Below, piece by piece: positions 42,333-50,672 of a stretch of DNA of 64,000 nucleotides. Source of the DNA: Kofleriaceae bacterium (GTDB lineage Bacteria; Myxococcota_A; Polyangia; Haliangiales; Haliangiaceae); NCBI GenBank assembly GCA_965215005.1, contig CBDCCZ010000004.1, positions 288,001 to 352,000 of the forward strand, read 5' to 3'. Under the pieces are notes generated by a model. The model searched no databases. It was not told where the DNA came from and worked only from the letters and a program-made list of their open reading frames with translations. Position 1 is the stretch's first letter, and each line of letters opens with the position of its first letter. The position numbers and the translations under genes are program-made.

Positions 42333-43670
42333 ATGAGCCAACCCAGCAAACTCCTCCGTCGCGACATCATGGCGGCGCTGCGCAATGGCACCGTCCCCCA
42401 GCGCGGCATCGAGCATTTCGCCGTTGGCCTCGACCGCTTCGCCGACGCCATCGACGAGGAGCTGGCCCGCGCCGCTCAAGGCAGTGGCGTCTTCAAAGCC
42501 GTGCGCGGCGAATACGGCAACGGCAAGACCTTCTTCGCCCGCTGGCTCCAGCACCGCGCGCAACACCAAGGCTTTGCCACCGCCGAGGTGCAGATCTCCG
42601 AAACCGAGACTCCCCTGTACCAAATGCAGACCATCTACCGACGGGCCATGGAGAGCCTGCGGACCAAGGAGTGGCACACCGGCGGCTTCCGCTCGCTCAT
42701 CGACCGCTGGTTTCTCGACCTCGAAGAAGAAGTTTGCGCCCGCCCCGGCATCGATGTTCACGACGGCCCGCGCGTCGCCACCCTGGTCGGCGAGCTCCTC
42801 GAAACCCGCCTTGCCAGCGTTAGCGCCACCCAAAGCCAGTTTTCTGCCGTCCTTCGCGCCTACCACCGCGCCCGCGTCGCCGAAGACCAAGCCACCGCCG
42901 AAGGTCTTCTATCGTGGATCATGGGCCAGCCCAACGTCGCCGCCGCCATCAAGCGCCAAGCCGGCGTCAAAGGCGAAGTCGACCACGCCGGCGCTAGCGG
43001 CTTTCTGCGCGGCATGCTCGAAGTCCTGCGCCAAACCGGCCGCAAAGGCCTCGTCCTCGTCCTCGACGAAGTCGAAACCGTCCAGCGCATGCGCCGCGAC
43101 GTCCGCGAACGCAGCCTCAACGCCCTGCGCCAACTCCTCGACGACCTCGACGGCGGCAGGTATCCCGGCCTCTACGTCCTCGTCACCGGCACCCGCGACT
43201 TCTTCGAAGGCCCCAGAGGCATCCGCTCGGCCGAAGCACTCGCCCAGCGCCTCTACGTCGACTTCCGCCTGCCCTTCGAAAGCTCCAAAGCCGTGCAGAT
43301 TCGCCTGCAGCCCTTCACCCTCGAACGCCTCATCGAAGTCGGCACCACGATCCGCGACCTCTACAACGCCAAACACCCGGGCCGCATCGCCGCCAAAGTC
43401 ACCGACGTAATCATCGCCGCCCTCGCCAAAGACACCGCCGGCGCCCTCGGCGAAAACGTCGGCGTCGCCCCGCGCATCTACCTCAAAAAGCTCGTCGGCG
43501 GCCTCCTCGACATGGTCGACGAGCACGAAGCCTTCGACCCCGCCACCCACTTCCACCTCGACCTCACCCCCGCCGAGATGACCCCCGAAGAAAAGGCCGC
43601 CGCCGGCCTCGAAACCTCCGTCGACGACATCGAGCTCGACCTCGCCAGCGAGCCCGGCGCATTGTCATAG
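42333..43670 (+). CDS. brxD: BREX ATP-binding protein BrxD (DUF2791)
   Basis: ALRNGTVP..G...AVG, VRGEYGNGKTFF, QISETETPL, LVLDEVET, ALAQRL, GVAPRIYLKKLV. Confidence 0.92.
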   Translation: MSQPSKLLRRDIMAALRNGTVPQRGIEHFAVGLDRFADAIDEELARAAQGSGVFKAVRGEYGNGKTFFARWLQHRAQHQGFATAEVQISETETPLYQMQTIYRRAMESLRTKEWHTGGFRSLIDRWFLDLEEEVCARPGIDVHDGPRVATLVGELLETRLASVSATQSQFSAVLRAYHRARVAEDQATAEGLLSWIMGQPNVAAAIKRQAGVKGEVDHAGASGFLRGMLEVLRQTGRKGLVLVLDEVETVQRMRRDVRERSLNALRQLLDDLDGGRYPGLYVLVTGTRDFFEGPRGIRSAEALAQRLYVDFRLPFESSKAVQIRLQPFTLERLIEVGTTIRDLYNAKHPGRIAAKVTDVIIAALAKDTAGALGENVGVAPRIYLKKLVGGLLDMVDEHEAFDPATHFHLDLTPAEMTPEEKAAAGLETSVDDIELDLASEPGALS

Positions 43671-43777
43671 GAGGAAGTTAGGGTTCTGGAAAATGGCACC
43701 CAGGCGCCCTACACTTCGCGGCGCGCGCTAACGCGCTGCATGGCGACAGAGTCGATCATTAGACGTCAGAGCCAGGA

Positions 43778-44305
43778 CTACTCCTCGAGGTCGGGTTGCT
43801 CGGCTTCTAGCTCATCGATCTCGGGGAGCACCATCTCGCCCATCGTCGTTGAGAACCTCGCGGATTGGTCTTCTTCGAGCCGAGGATGGTGCGCGAGTTT
43901 CGCGGCCTCGTCCTGGGCCAGGGGCGCTTCCATCTCCTTAGGTGGCGGCATGATGCACGTGTACGTATTCACCGACGCGGCCTGCTGATAGCCGAAGGCG
44001 ACCGCCATGCCTGCGCTCACGCCGGCGCCCACACCGAGGAGTAAGCGCTTTCGACGCGCGGAACGCGCGCCCACTGGACAATCGCCGGTGATGACGGTGC
44101 CATCGGCGCGATGGTGGAAGCGAACACATGGCGTCTCGTCCTGCCGAGCGAGCAGCGCCTCGAGCTGCTCACTGGTCATATGTGAGAGGTGATAGACGTC
44201 CTTGTCGCACTGGGAGCAGTGGCGTATTGCGTCGTCCCCCCGCATGTCGTCCCAGCTGGCGCGGCAAGGACTCGCAACCTTCAGTCGCATCGAACGCTTG
44301 GTCAT
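43778..44305 (-). CDS. Hypothetical protein with an N-terminal Cys motif and one TM segment
   Basis: ASPCRASWDDMRGDDAIRHCSQCDKDVYHLS...CVRF..RADGTVITGDCP followed by a hydrophobic stretch. Confidence 0.7.
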   Translation of the reverse strand: MTKRSMRLKVASPCRASWDDMRGDDAIRHCSQCDKDVYHLSHMTSEQLEALLARQDETPCVRFHHRADGTVITGDCPVGARSARRKRLLLGVGAGVSAGMAVAFGYQQAASVNTYTCIMPPPKEMEAPLAQDEAAKLAHHPRLEEDQSARFSTTMGEMVLPEIDELEAEQPDLEE

Positions 44306-44412
44306 GGGGCTATGCAACGCCCGATGCTCCCATTGGATCTGGAAGTCGACGGCGATTGCCACGACCGCCGCAGCAAGGGGCAACGATCAACCTATCGAAT
44401 ATTGCGATCAAC

Positions 44413-44433
44413 ATATCGATATTTCGATATAAT
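44413..44433 (+). promoter_or_regulatory. Palindromic operator overlapping a TATAAT -10 box
   Basis: ATATCGA-TATT-TCGATAT (44413-44430); TATAAT at 44428-44433, 8 nt before GTG 44442. Confidence 0.6.
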
Positions 44434-44441
44434 CGAGAGAA

Positions 44442-44595
44442 GTGCCGATAGAACTCGAGAAGAATCGAGTCGAGATAGCGCGAAACGTGCGCGAGCTACG
44501 CCGCTCTCGCAAGTGGAGCCAGGCCGAGCTGGCGGCGCGGCTGGGGCTGTCGCAAAGCCGGCTGAGCGAGCTCGAACGCGGCGACGGGTCGTTCA
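44442..44595 (+). pseudogene. XRE-family HTH gene, truncated
   Basis: IARNVRELRRSRKWSQAELAARLGLSQSRLSELERGDGSF, then runs into unrelated sequence. Confidence 0.65.
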
Positions 44596-44979
44596 ACTCT
44601 GGGCCGTCGGTATCACAGAGATCTTTCTCGACGGCTCGTTCGCCGAAGACAAGGATCATCCGAATGACGTCGATGGCTATTTCGAGTGCGACCTCCACTT
44701 CCTCGCATCCGGCCGCTTACAGCGCCAGCTGAATCTCCTGGATCCTCACAAGGTCGGGACGTGGGATCCTCGTTCGCGTCTGCCTACCGCGGCTATCCGA
44801 AGAAGCAGCTGCCGATGTGGCATCGGTATCGAGTCGAGTTCTACCCCCCTTATGGCCAGCGCTCGGGAATCTGCGATCGCTACGGCAACCAGCTCGAGTT
44901 TCCGTCGGCATTCCGGCTGTCTCGCCGGGATGGGCGACCCCGAGGAATCATCAAGGTGAAGAAGGACGGCAGTCTATGA
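44594..44979 (+). pseudogene. N-truncated, frameshifted nucleotidyltransferase-like (DUF6932-type) putative toxin
   Basis: QLWAVGITEIFLDGSFAEDKDHPNDVDG (GS...DxD) and, after a frameshift near 44785, YRGYPKKQLPMWHRYRVEFYP...RGIIKV. Confidence 0.6.
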
Positions 44980-45437
44980 TCCGCAACGAAAATGAGTACA
45001 AGGAGGCAATTCGCCGACTTCAAGAGGAGGAGGGGCGGCTTAGCGATACGAAAACCAATCTCGAAGAGATGGGGCTGAGCTCGGACGAGGTCAAGCGCGC
45101 GCTCGATCCCATGCGTTCGTTCCACGCGCAGCTGGTAGAAGAAGTCGAGAGCTACGAGCGGCTTCGCCGCGGGGAGTTCTCTGAGCTAACGAATCTTCAC
45201 GGCCTGGGCCAGATGTTCGTGGCGGTGCGAATCGCCAAGGGGCTCTCTCAACGTGAGCTGGCGCGAATCTTAGGGGTTCACGAGACGCAAGTATCACGCG
45301 ACGAGCGCAACGAATATCACGGCGTCACCGTGGACCGAGCCAGCAGAATTCTCGACGCTCTGGGTGTCTCGATGCGAAGTCAGCTCGAACAGCCGTTGGT
45401 TCCAGGCGCTGGCGCGGAGCCTCTCACCCTCGGATGA
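44976..45437 (+). CDS. XRE/HigA-like HTH regulator (putative antitoxin)
   Basis: MIRNENEY...VESYERL...RIAKGLSQRELARILGVHETQVSRDERNEY; ATGA overlap with the upstream gene. Confidence 0.85.
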   Translation: MIRNENEYKEAIRRLQEEEGRLSDTKTNLEEMGLSSDEVKRALDPMRSFHAQLVEEVESYERLRRGEFSELTNLHGLGQMFVAVRIAKGLSQRELARILGVHETQVSRDERNEYHGVTVDRASRILDALGVSMRSQLEQPLVPGAGAEPLTLG

Positions 45438-45456
45438 AGCCGCGAGTTGAGCAATC

Positions 45457-47535
45457 ATGAGTGATGCATTCGCGCGCTTCAGTCCGGCACTGCAGTATCA
45501 AATCGTCAACGCGCTGGGATTTACGGGGCTGCGGCCGGTGCAGGAGCAGGCGGCCGCGCAAATTCTCGATGGCAAGAACTGCGTGGTGCTGGCGCCGACA
45601 GCGGGCGGCAAGACCGAGGCGGCGTTCTTTCCGCTGTTGTCGCAGATGGACGCAGGCGATTGGAAGCCGGTGTCGGTGATCTACGTGGCGCCGATTCGGG
45701 CGCTGCTCAACAATCAGGAAGAGCGGCTGATTCGCTATGCGGGGCTCGTTGGCCGGCGCGCGTTCAAGTGGCACGGCGATGTGTCGCAGAGCGCGAAGAA
45801 GCGGTTCTGCGGCGATCCAGCCGACATTCTATTGACCACGCCGGAATCGCTGGAGGCGATGCTGATGAGCCAGCGGGTGCCGGCGCGGCGGCTGTTTCGC
45901 GGTTTGCGCGCGGTGGTCATCGATGAGGTCCACGCGTTCGTCGGCGACGATCGCGGAGGTCATCTTTCTGCGGTGCTAGAGCGTCTGAGCCGCTACTGCG
46001 GCAGTGACGTGCAGCGTATTGGACTCTCGGCCACGGTGGGCAATCCGGCCGATATTCTGGCCTGGGCGGCGGGAAGCTCACAGCGTGCGGGGGTGGTGGT
46101 GGATCCGGGTGGTGGTCGCGCCGAACCGCAGGTGACTCTCGACTTCGTCGGTAGCCTCACCAACGCCGCGATCATCATTGCCAATTTGCACCGGGGCAAG
46201 AAGCGGTTGGTCTTTGCCGATAGCCGTCGCGTGGTCGAAGATCTCGGCCGCGAGCTGGTGAGTCGTGGGATCGATGCGTATGCGATTCATGGATCGCTGT
46301 CCTTCGATGAGCGGCGCCTGGCTGAAGAGAAGTTCGAGCGTGGGCGCGACTGTGTGATCGTGGCAACCAGCGCCATGGAGCTCGGCATCGACATCGGCGA
46401 CCTCGACCACGTCATTCAGATCGACGCACCGACCACCGTGGCTGCGTTTCTTCAGCGCATGGGCCGCACCGGTCGCCGCGCCGGCACGCAGCCCAATTGC
46501 CTGTTCTTGGCCACCGACGACAAGGGCCTGCGGCGCGCCGCTGCCATCATTCATCTGTGGGAGCAGGGCTTCGTCGAGTCGCTGCCGATCGGCAGGTTCG
46601 CGCCCCATCTCTTGGCGCACCAGCTCATGGCGCTCATCGTTCAGCAAGGCGGCATCCCAGCCGGCGACTGGTGGGCGTGGATCTGCCGGGCCACGCCGTT
46701 TCAGAACATCGAAGACGCGGATCGTGCCGAGCTCGTGGACAAAATGCTCATCGAGGACATCCTCTGCGAGGCCGACGGCCGCTTACTGCTCGGCGCGGTC
46801 GGCGAGCGCGTGTACGGCAAACGCAATTTCCTCGACCTCTACGCGGTCTTCTCGACGCCGCCGGAGATGACCGTGATCTACGGCGGTAAGGTCATCGGCA
46901 CCATTGCGGTCGACTTCGTCACCTTGCAGGGCGAGAACGATCTCACCTTCACCCTCGCCACCCAGGCCTGGCGCGCCACCGAGATCGACTGGAGCAAGTC
47001 CATCATCTACGTGGCCAAGGCTGAAAGCGGCCACGCACCCCGCTGGGTGGGCAGCCGCAAGTTTCTGTCGCGCACGCTGTGCCAGGCGATACGGCACGTC
47101 GTCGCCGGCACCGAGCTCAACCCTCGCTGGTCGCAACGCGCCCAGGACGCCATCGGCCGAATCCGCGACGAGTACGGCTTTCTCGGTAGCTCGAATGGAT
47201 TCCAGCTGGCCCGCCACGAAACCGGTTATCGCCTCTACACGTTTGCCGGCGGCAAGCACAACGTGGTTCTCGCTCGCCTGCTCGAAGAGCCGTTGGGCGA
47301 GCGCATCTCGTCGAGCAACCTCTACCTCACCTTGCGCGACCGCGCCGGCCAGAGCGAAGCGGCGATCCGCGACGCGCTGCGCGAGCTGCACGACCAGCGT
47401 CGCCCAAATGCCGAGGATGTGGTTCGGCTCGCGAAGTCCTGCGTGACCCATCGCCTGAGCAAATTCCAGCGCTGCCTGAGCGATCGGCTCGAGTCGCGCT
47501 ACATCGCCCATACCCTGGCCGACGACATCGCCTGA
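45457..47535 (+). CDS. brxHI: Lhr-like DEAD/DEAH helicase (BREX BrxHI)
   Basis: APTAGGKTEAA, TTPESLE, IDEVH, GLSATVGN, IHGSLS, ATSAMELGIDIGDLD, QRMGRTGRR; downstream of brxD. Confidence 0.88.
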   Translation: MSDAFARFSPALQYQIVNALGFTGLRPVQEQAAAQILDGKNCVVLAPTAGGKTEAAFFPLLSQMDAGDWKPVSVIYVAPIRALLNNQEERLIRYAGLVGRRAFKWHGDVSQSAKKRFCGDPADILLTTPESLEAMLMSQRVPARRLFRGLRAVVIDEVHAFVGDDRGGHLSAVLERLSRYCGSDVQRIGLSATVGNPADILAWAAGSSQRAGVVVDPGGGRAEPQVTLDFVGSLTNAAIIIANLHRGKKRLVFADSRRVVEDLGRELVSRGIDAYAIHGSLSFDERRLAEEKFERGRDCVIVATSAMELGIDIGDLDHVIQIDAPTTVAAFLQRMGRTGRRAGTQPNCLFLATDDKGLRRAAAIIHLWEQGFVESLPIGRFAPHLLAHQLMALIVQQGGIPAGDWWAWICRATPFQNIEDADRAELVDKMLIEDILCEADGRLLLGAVGERVYGKRNFLDLYAVFSTPPEMTVIYGGKVIGTIAVDFVTLQGENDLTFTLATQAWRATEIDWSKSIIYVAKAESGHAPRWVGSRKFLSRTLCQAIRHVVAGTELNPRWSQRAQDAIGRIRDEYGFLGSSNGFQLARHETGYRLYTFAGGKHNVVLARLLEEPLGERISSSNLYLTLRDRAGQSEAAIRDALRELHDQRRPNAEDVVRLAKSCVTHRLSKFQRCLSDRLESRYIAHTLADDIA

Positions 47536-47772
47536 GCGGCAACATCGGAGCCGTGGTTGGCGCGGCAAGGCTCGAGCGGTGCGCAGTGCTGCCCGGCATC
47601 CCCGAGCCGTTTCTCTAGCTTACGGCGCTTGCTCCGGGAGAGGGGCGACGCTTCGAATTCGGCACGCGGAGGGCGCAATCTACGGGCAGATTCCTCGACG
47701 AGGCTCGCCGCTGCAGCTGCCACGTTCATCTAAGTCGTGGCGGATTGCAGCGGCGAAGCGAGTGGGCCGCAG

Positions 47773-48363
47773 CTACTCTAGGTCGAAAACTTGCAGTGAG
47801 GCTGCGATCATAAGGACGGTAGATAGCTCACTCCTTTTGAGTGCACTCAATTGCGACGCAGTCAGAATCTCCTTTGCCGGCTTCCAAAGCAGCTCGTCTC
47901 GGCTCATCTGCCACGGTTGCGCTTCGACGGCATCGACCGACCATCCTTGCTCTATCAGTTCGAGCCTAGCTAGCCGCTCTGCTTGATAGTTCTGCTGGGC
48001 ATCGTAATAAAGGAGCGAGAAAATGCGTTTCTGCTCAGGCGAGAGCTTCGCGCGCTCGAGGAACTTCTCGTATGCATCTATGACAATCAACCGATGCTCG
48101 TAATCGAAATCGGATTCGTTCTCTCGACGGTCTCGGGAGTACGAGAGTCGCGGCTCGTGCATCGCAGGCACCGAATGGGTCTGAACGTTCACCAGCGTTG
48201 AACCTGTTTGCGCCGCGCGCACGGGGGCCTTCTTGCTTAGAATAGAATCCGAGACCGGAATCGTTCGCTTCAACTCCCGGGCGGTGTCTTCGAGACCGAG
48301 TAATAGCAAGGCGACACCAACGGCAATTGTGACGAAGGCTCCCAAAGCAACGCTGCGCTTCAT
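47773..48363 (-). CDS. Hypothetical membrane-anchored protein
   Basis: MKRSVALGAFVTIAVGVALLLLG signal/TM; follows the Cys-rich gene on the same strand. Confidence 0.6.
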   Translation of the reverse strand: MKRSVALGAFVTIAVGVALLLLGLEDTARELKRTIPVSDSILSKKAPVRAAQTGSTLVNVQTHSVPAMHEPRLSYSRDRRENESDFDYEHRLIVIDAYEKFLERAKLSPEQKRIFSLLYYDAQQNYQAERLARLELIEQGWSVDAVEAQPWQMSRDELLWKPAKEILTASQLSALKRSELSTVLMIAASLQVFDLE

Positions 48364-48389
48364 GGCCAGCACTCCTTTCTCTTCCAACC

Positions 48390-49335
48390 CTATAAAGGTC
48401 GACCGGAAGTATCGAACCCGGGCAGGGGCGACATCAGCGAGCTCGAGGGTGAGTCAAAACCTGACGGGCAATTTGCCTTCTGCTCACACGTGGCGGCACC
48501 GCCGGCGCATTCTTGAAGAAGATACGTGTACGAAAGTGAACGGCACATGGTGCGGCTTCCGTCTCGACCCCCGAAGGTGGCTTGCAGCGACTGCGATCCA
48601 CCAACGCTAAAGAAGCTGCTCGCGGACAAGTTCACGGAAGCGCCCGAAGTGGTAGAGAGTTGGGGAGCATCGGCCTCGAAGCTCTCGATGCAACGGTCGA
48701 TTCCTCGGCCTCTGCAGGTGTAGGCGCTGAGTACAGGTTCTCCATTCTCCATCTCGGGCCTTCCATTCGGACCAAGGATCGGAAACCGGCCACACGTGAA
48801 ATCGCTAATGGTCGCGCCACTGTGGTCTCTTCTATCCCGAATGCAGCGGTTGCTTGCCAGGCGCGAAAACATGCCAAGACAGGTGCTTTCCAGCCGCCGA
48901 GCGTAGTCCTCGCAATTGCTCTTCTTTTTCGCGCATCGCTCGCACGGGGTTTCAGGGTAGCAGGCCTGATCGTCGTTGGCAGACGGCGCGAAACCGCTGG
49001 GACACTGGGGCTCTGGAGGCGGGTTTTTGTCGCCTCGATCACCTTGACCGCCACCACTGCCGCCACCCTCGCCGCCGGTTCCTGGCGACGGGCCGGGTCC
49101 CGAGGGCCCGAGTCCGTGATGATGATGACTTCGCCGCCACCGCCACCGCCACCGCCACCGCCGCCGCTGCCACCGCCGCGGCAGATGCTGGCTGTGGTTC
49201 CATCGTCTGCCGTGACCGTATCCACGAGGTTCTGGTGCGTGGGTGGGCAGTCATCGTCGATGCCGGCAGAGGCGGGCGCGGGGCCTACGCGATGAGCGCG
49301 GCCGCCAAACTCAAAGTGAGTACTACAGATTTCAC
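48390..49335 (-). CDS. Secreted Gly/Cys-rich protein (reconstructed across two frameshifts near 49288 and 49107)
   Basis: GTG 49335 gives MKSVVLTLSLAAALI.. joined to VGPAPASAGIDDDCPP...poly-Gly..EVIIITD, then GPSPGTGGEGG...CPSGF...CYPETPCERC...CLGMFSRLASNRC, into ORF 48390..48872. Confidence 0.55.
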
Positions 49336-49673
49336 TGCTTCGAATGGTCCTTCTTCGTCGTTTGCTCGAGTCTCTAGTGGAGCTCGAGCGTTGCGGCCGC
49401 GGAATCTACGCAGGCGCGATATCCGATGCAAGCGTAAAAAGGCGGCAAACAACGATCAGCCGAGCAGCGGTGTTCTGGCTCTCTATTCGGCCATTCTCCA
49501 GTGAGATCGTTGCTAGTTTCGAGCGCGGGACGCCGTCGTGAGCGACGGTTACGGCCGCGGCATTGCTACCTGTTACCTATAGGTTTGCCGACATACAGCT
49601 CGGCCTGACCGAGGTCGAAGGGGGCCGCGGACAACGATTCACGTCGACCCGCGGATGACGGTAGGGTGGGCCG

Positions 49674-50570
49674 ATGAGCGACTATGAAGACGAGATTCGC
49701 TACTACGACCGCGAGAGTGGCGAGATGCGCAGCGAGCGCGTGTTTGGGGGCGATGCGTTGCGCAGGCTGTATCGGACGCGGAGCGGTCGCTTCCTCACTG
49801 ACCGCCTGCTGACTCGAGGGCCGCTGAATCATCTCTATGGTTGGCTCAAGCGGGCGCCTTGGAGTGCGCGTGAGATCGTTGCGTTTGCCGATGGGCTCGG
49901 AATCGACGTGGAGGAAGCCGAGCGGCCGGTCGGTGGGTATCGATCATTGGATGAGTTCTTCACGCGTCGCCTGCGCGCCGGTGCGAGACCGATCGATCCC
50001 GATCCGGAGGCACTGCTCTCGCCTGGGGATGGTCGATTGCTCGTGTTCCCCGCGCCGGTAGGGCTGCTTCCGATCAAGGGAACACGTCTGTCGATTGCAG
50101 AGCTTGTCGCGGATCGCGAGCAAGCCGCTCGCTATGCAGAGGGCGATGTCGCGGTGCTGCGGCTTGCTCCGGCGGACTATCATCGGTTTCATTTTCCCGC
50201 GGCGGGTCGGGCTCACGCGCCGCGTGCGGTCGCGGGGCGATTGCACTCGGTGCATCCGATTGCGCTCACGGCAGGCGCGCCGAGCTTTGCCAATAAACGC
50301 GTGGTGACGGCGCTGGTCACACCGCTGTTTGGAACCCTGCAGCTCGTGGAGGTGGGCGCGCTGCTGGTTGGCACCATTGTGCAAACCTTCCGGCCCGGCG
50401 AGGTCGAGAGAGGCGCGGAGAAGGGCTACTTTCGGTTTGGCGGCTCGACGGTGGTCGTCCTAACTCCACCCGGCGTGCTGCGGTTTGACGATGATTTGGT
50501 GGAACGGTCGCGGCTCGGCATCGAGACGTTCGTCAAAGTCGGCACTCGCATCGGGCGGCGGCGCGGCTAA
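49674..50570 (+). CDS. psd: Phosphatidylserine decarboxylase proenzyme (long/archaeal-like type)
   Basis: FFTRRL...RP, SPGDG, RLAPADYHRFHFP, EVGALLVGTI, EKGYFRFGGSTVV (GST self-cleavage site). Confidence 0.92.
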   Translation: MSDYEDEIRYYDRESGEMRSERVFGGDALRRLYRTRSGRFLTDRLLTRGPLNHLYGWLKRAPWSAREIVAFADGLGIDVEEAERPVGGYRSLDEFFTRRLRAGARPIDPDPEALLSPGDGRLLVFPAPVGLLPIKGTRLSIAELVADREQAARYAEGDVAVLRLAPADYHRFHFPAAGRAHAPRAVAGRLHSVHPIALTAGAPSFANKRVVTALVTPLFGTLQLVEVGALLVGTIVQTFRPGEVERGAEKGYFRFGGSTVVVLTPPGVLRFDDDLVERSRLGIETFVKVGTRIGRRRG

Positions 50571-50672
50571 TTCGTCTGTTGCCAAGTACGCCGCTCTTGC
50601 CCGGCAACCGCCGGCGCACGCGCTAGCGGCACCTCGGCTTCCGCTGGCGCGCGAGTTGCTCTACGCCACAGA

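Noticed and set aside
47499..47729. Possible 5' half of the Uma2 gene at the right boundary (PCRANHGSD)
   Set aside because: Resemblance is limited to a few residues; no other Uma2 motifs.
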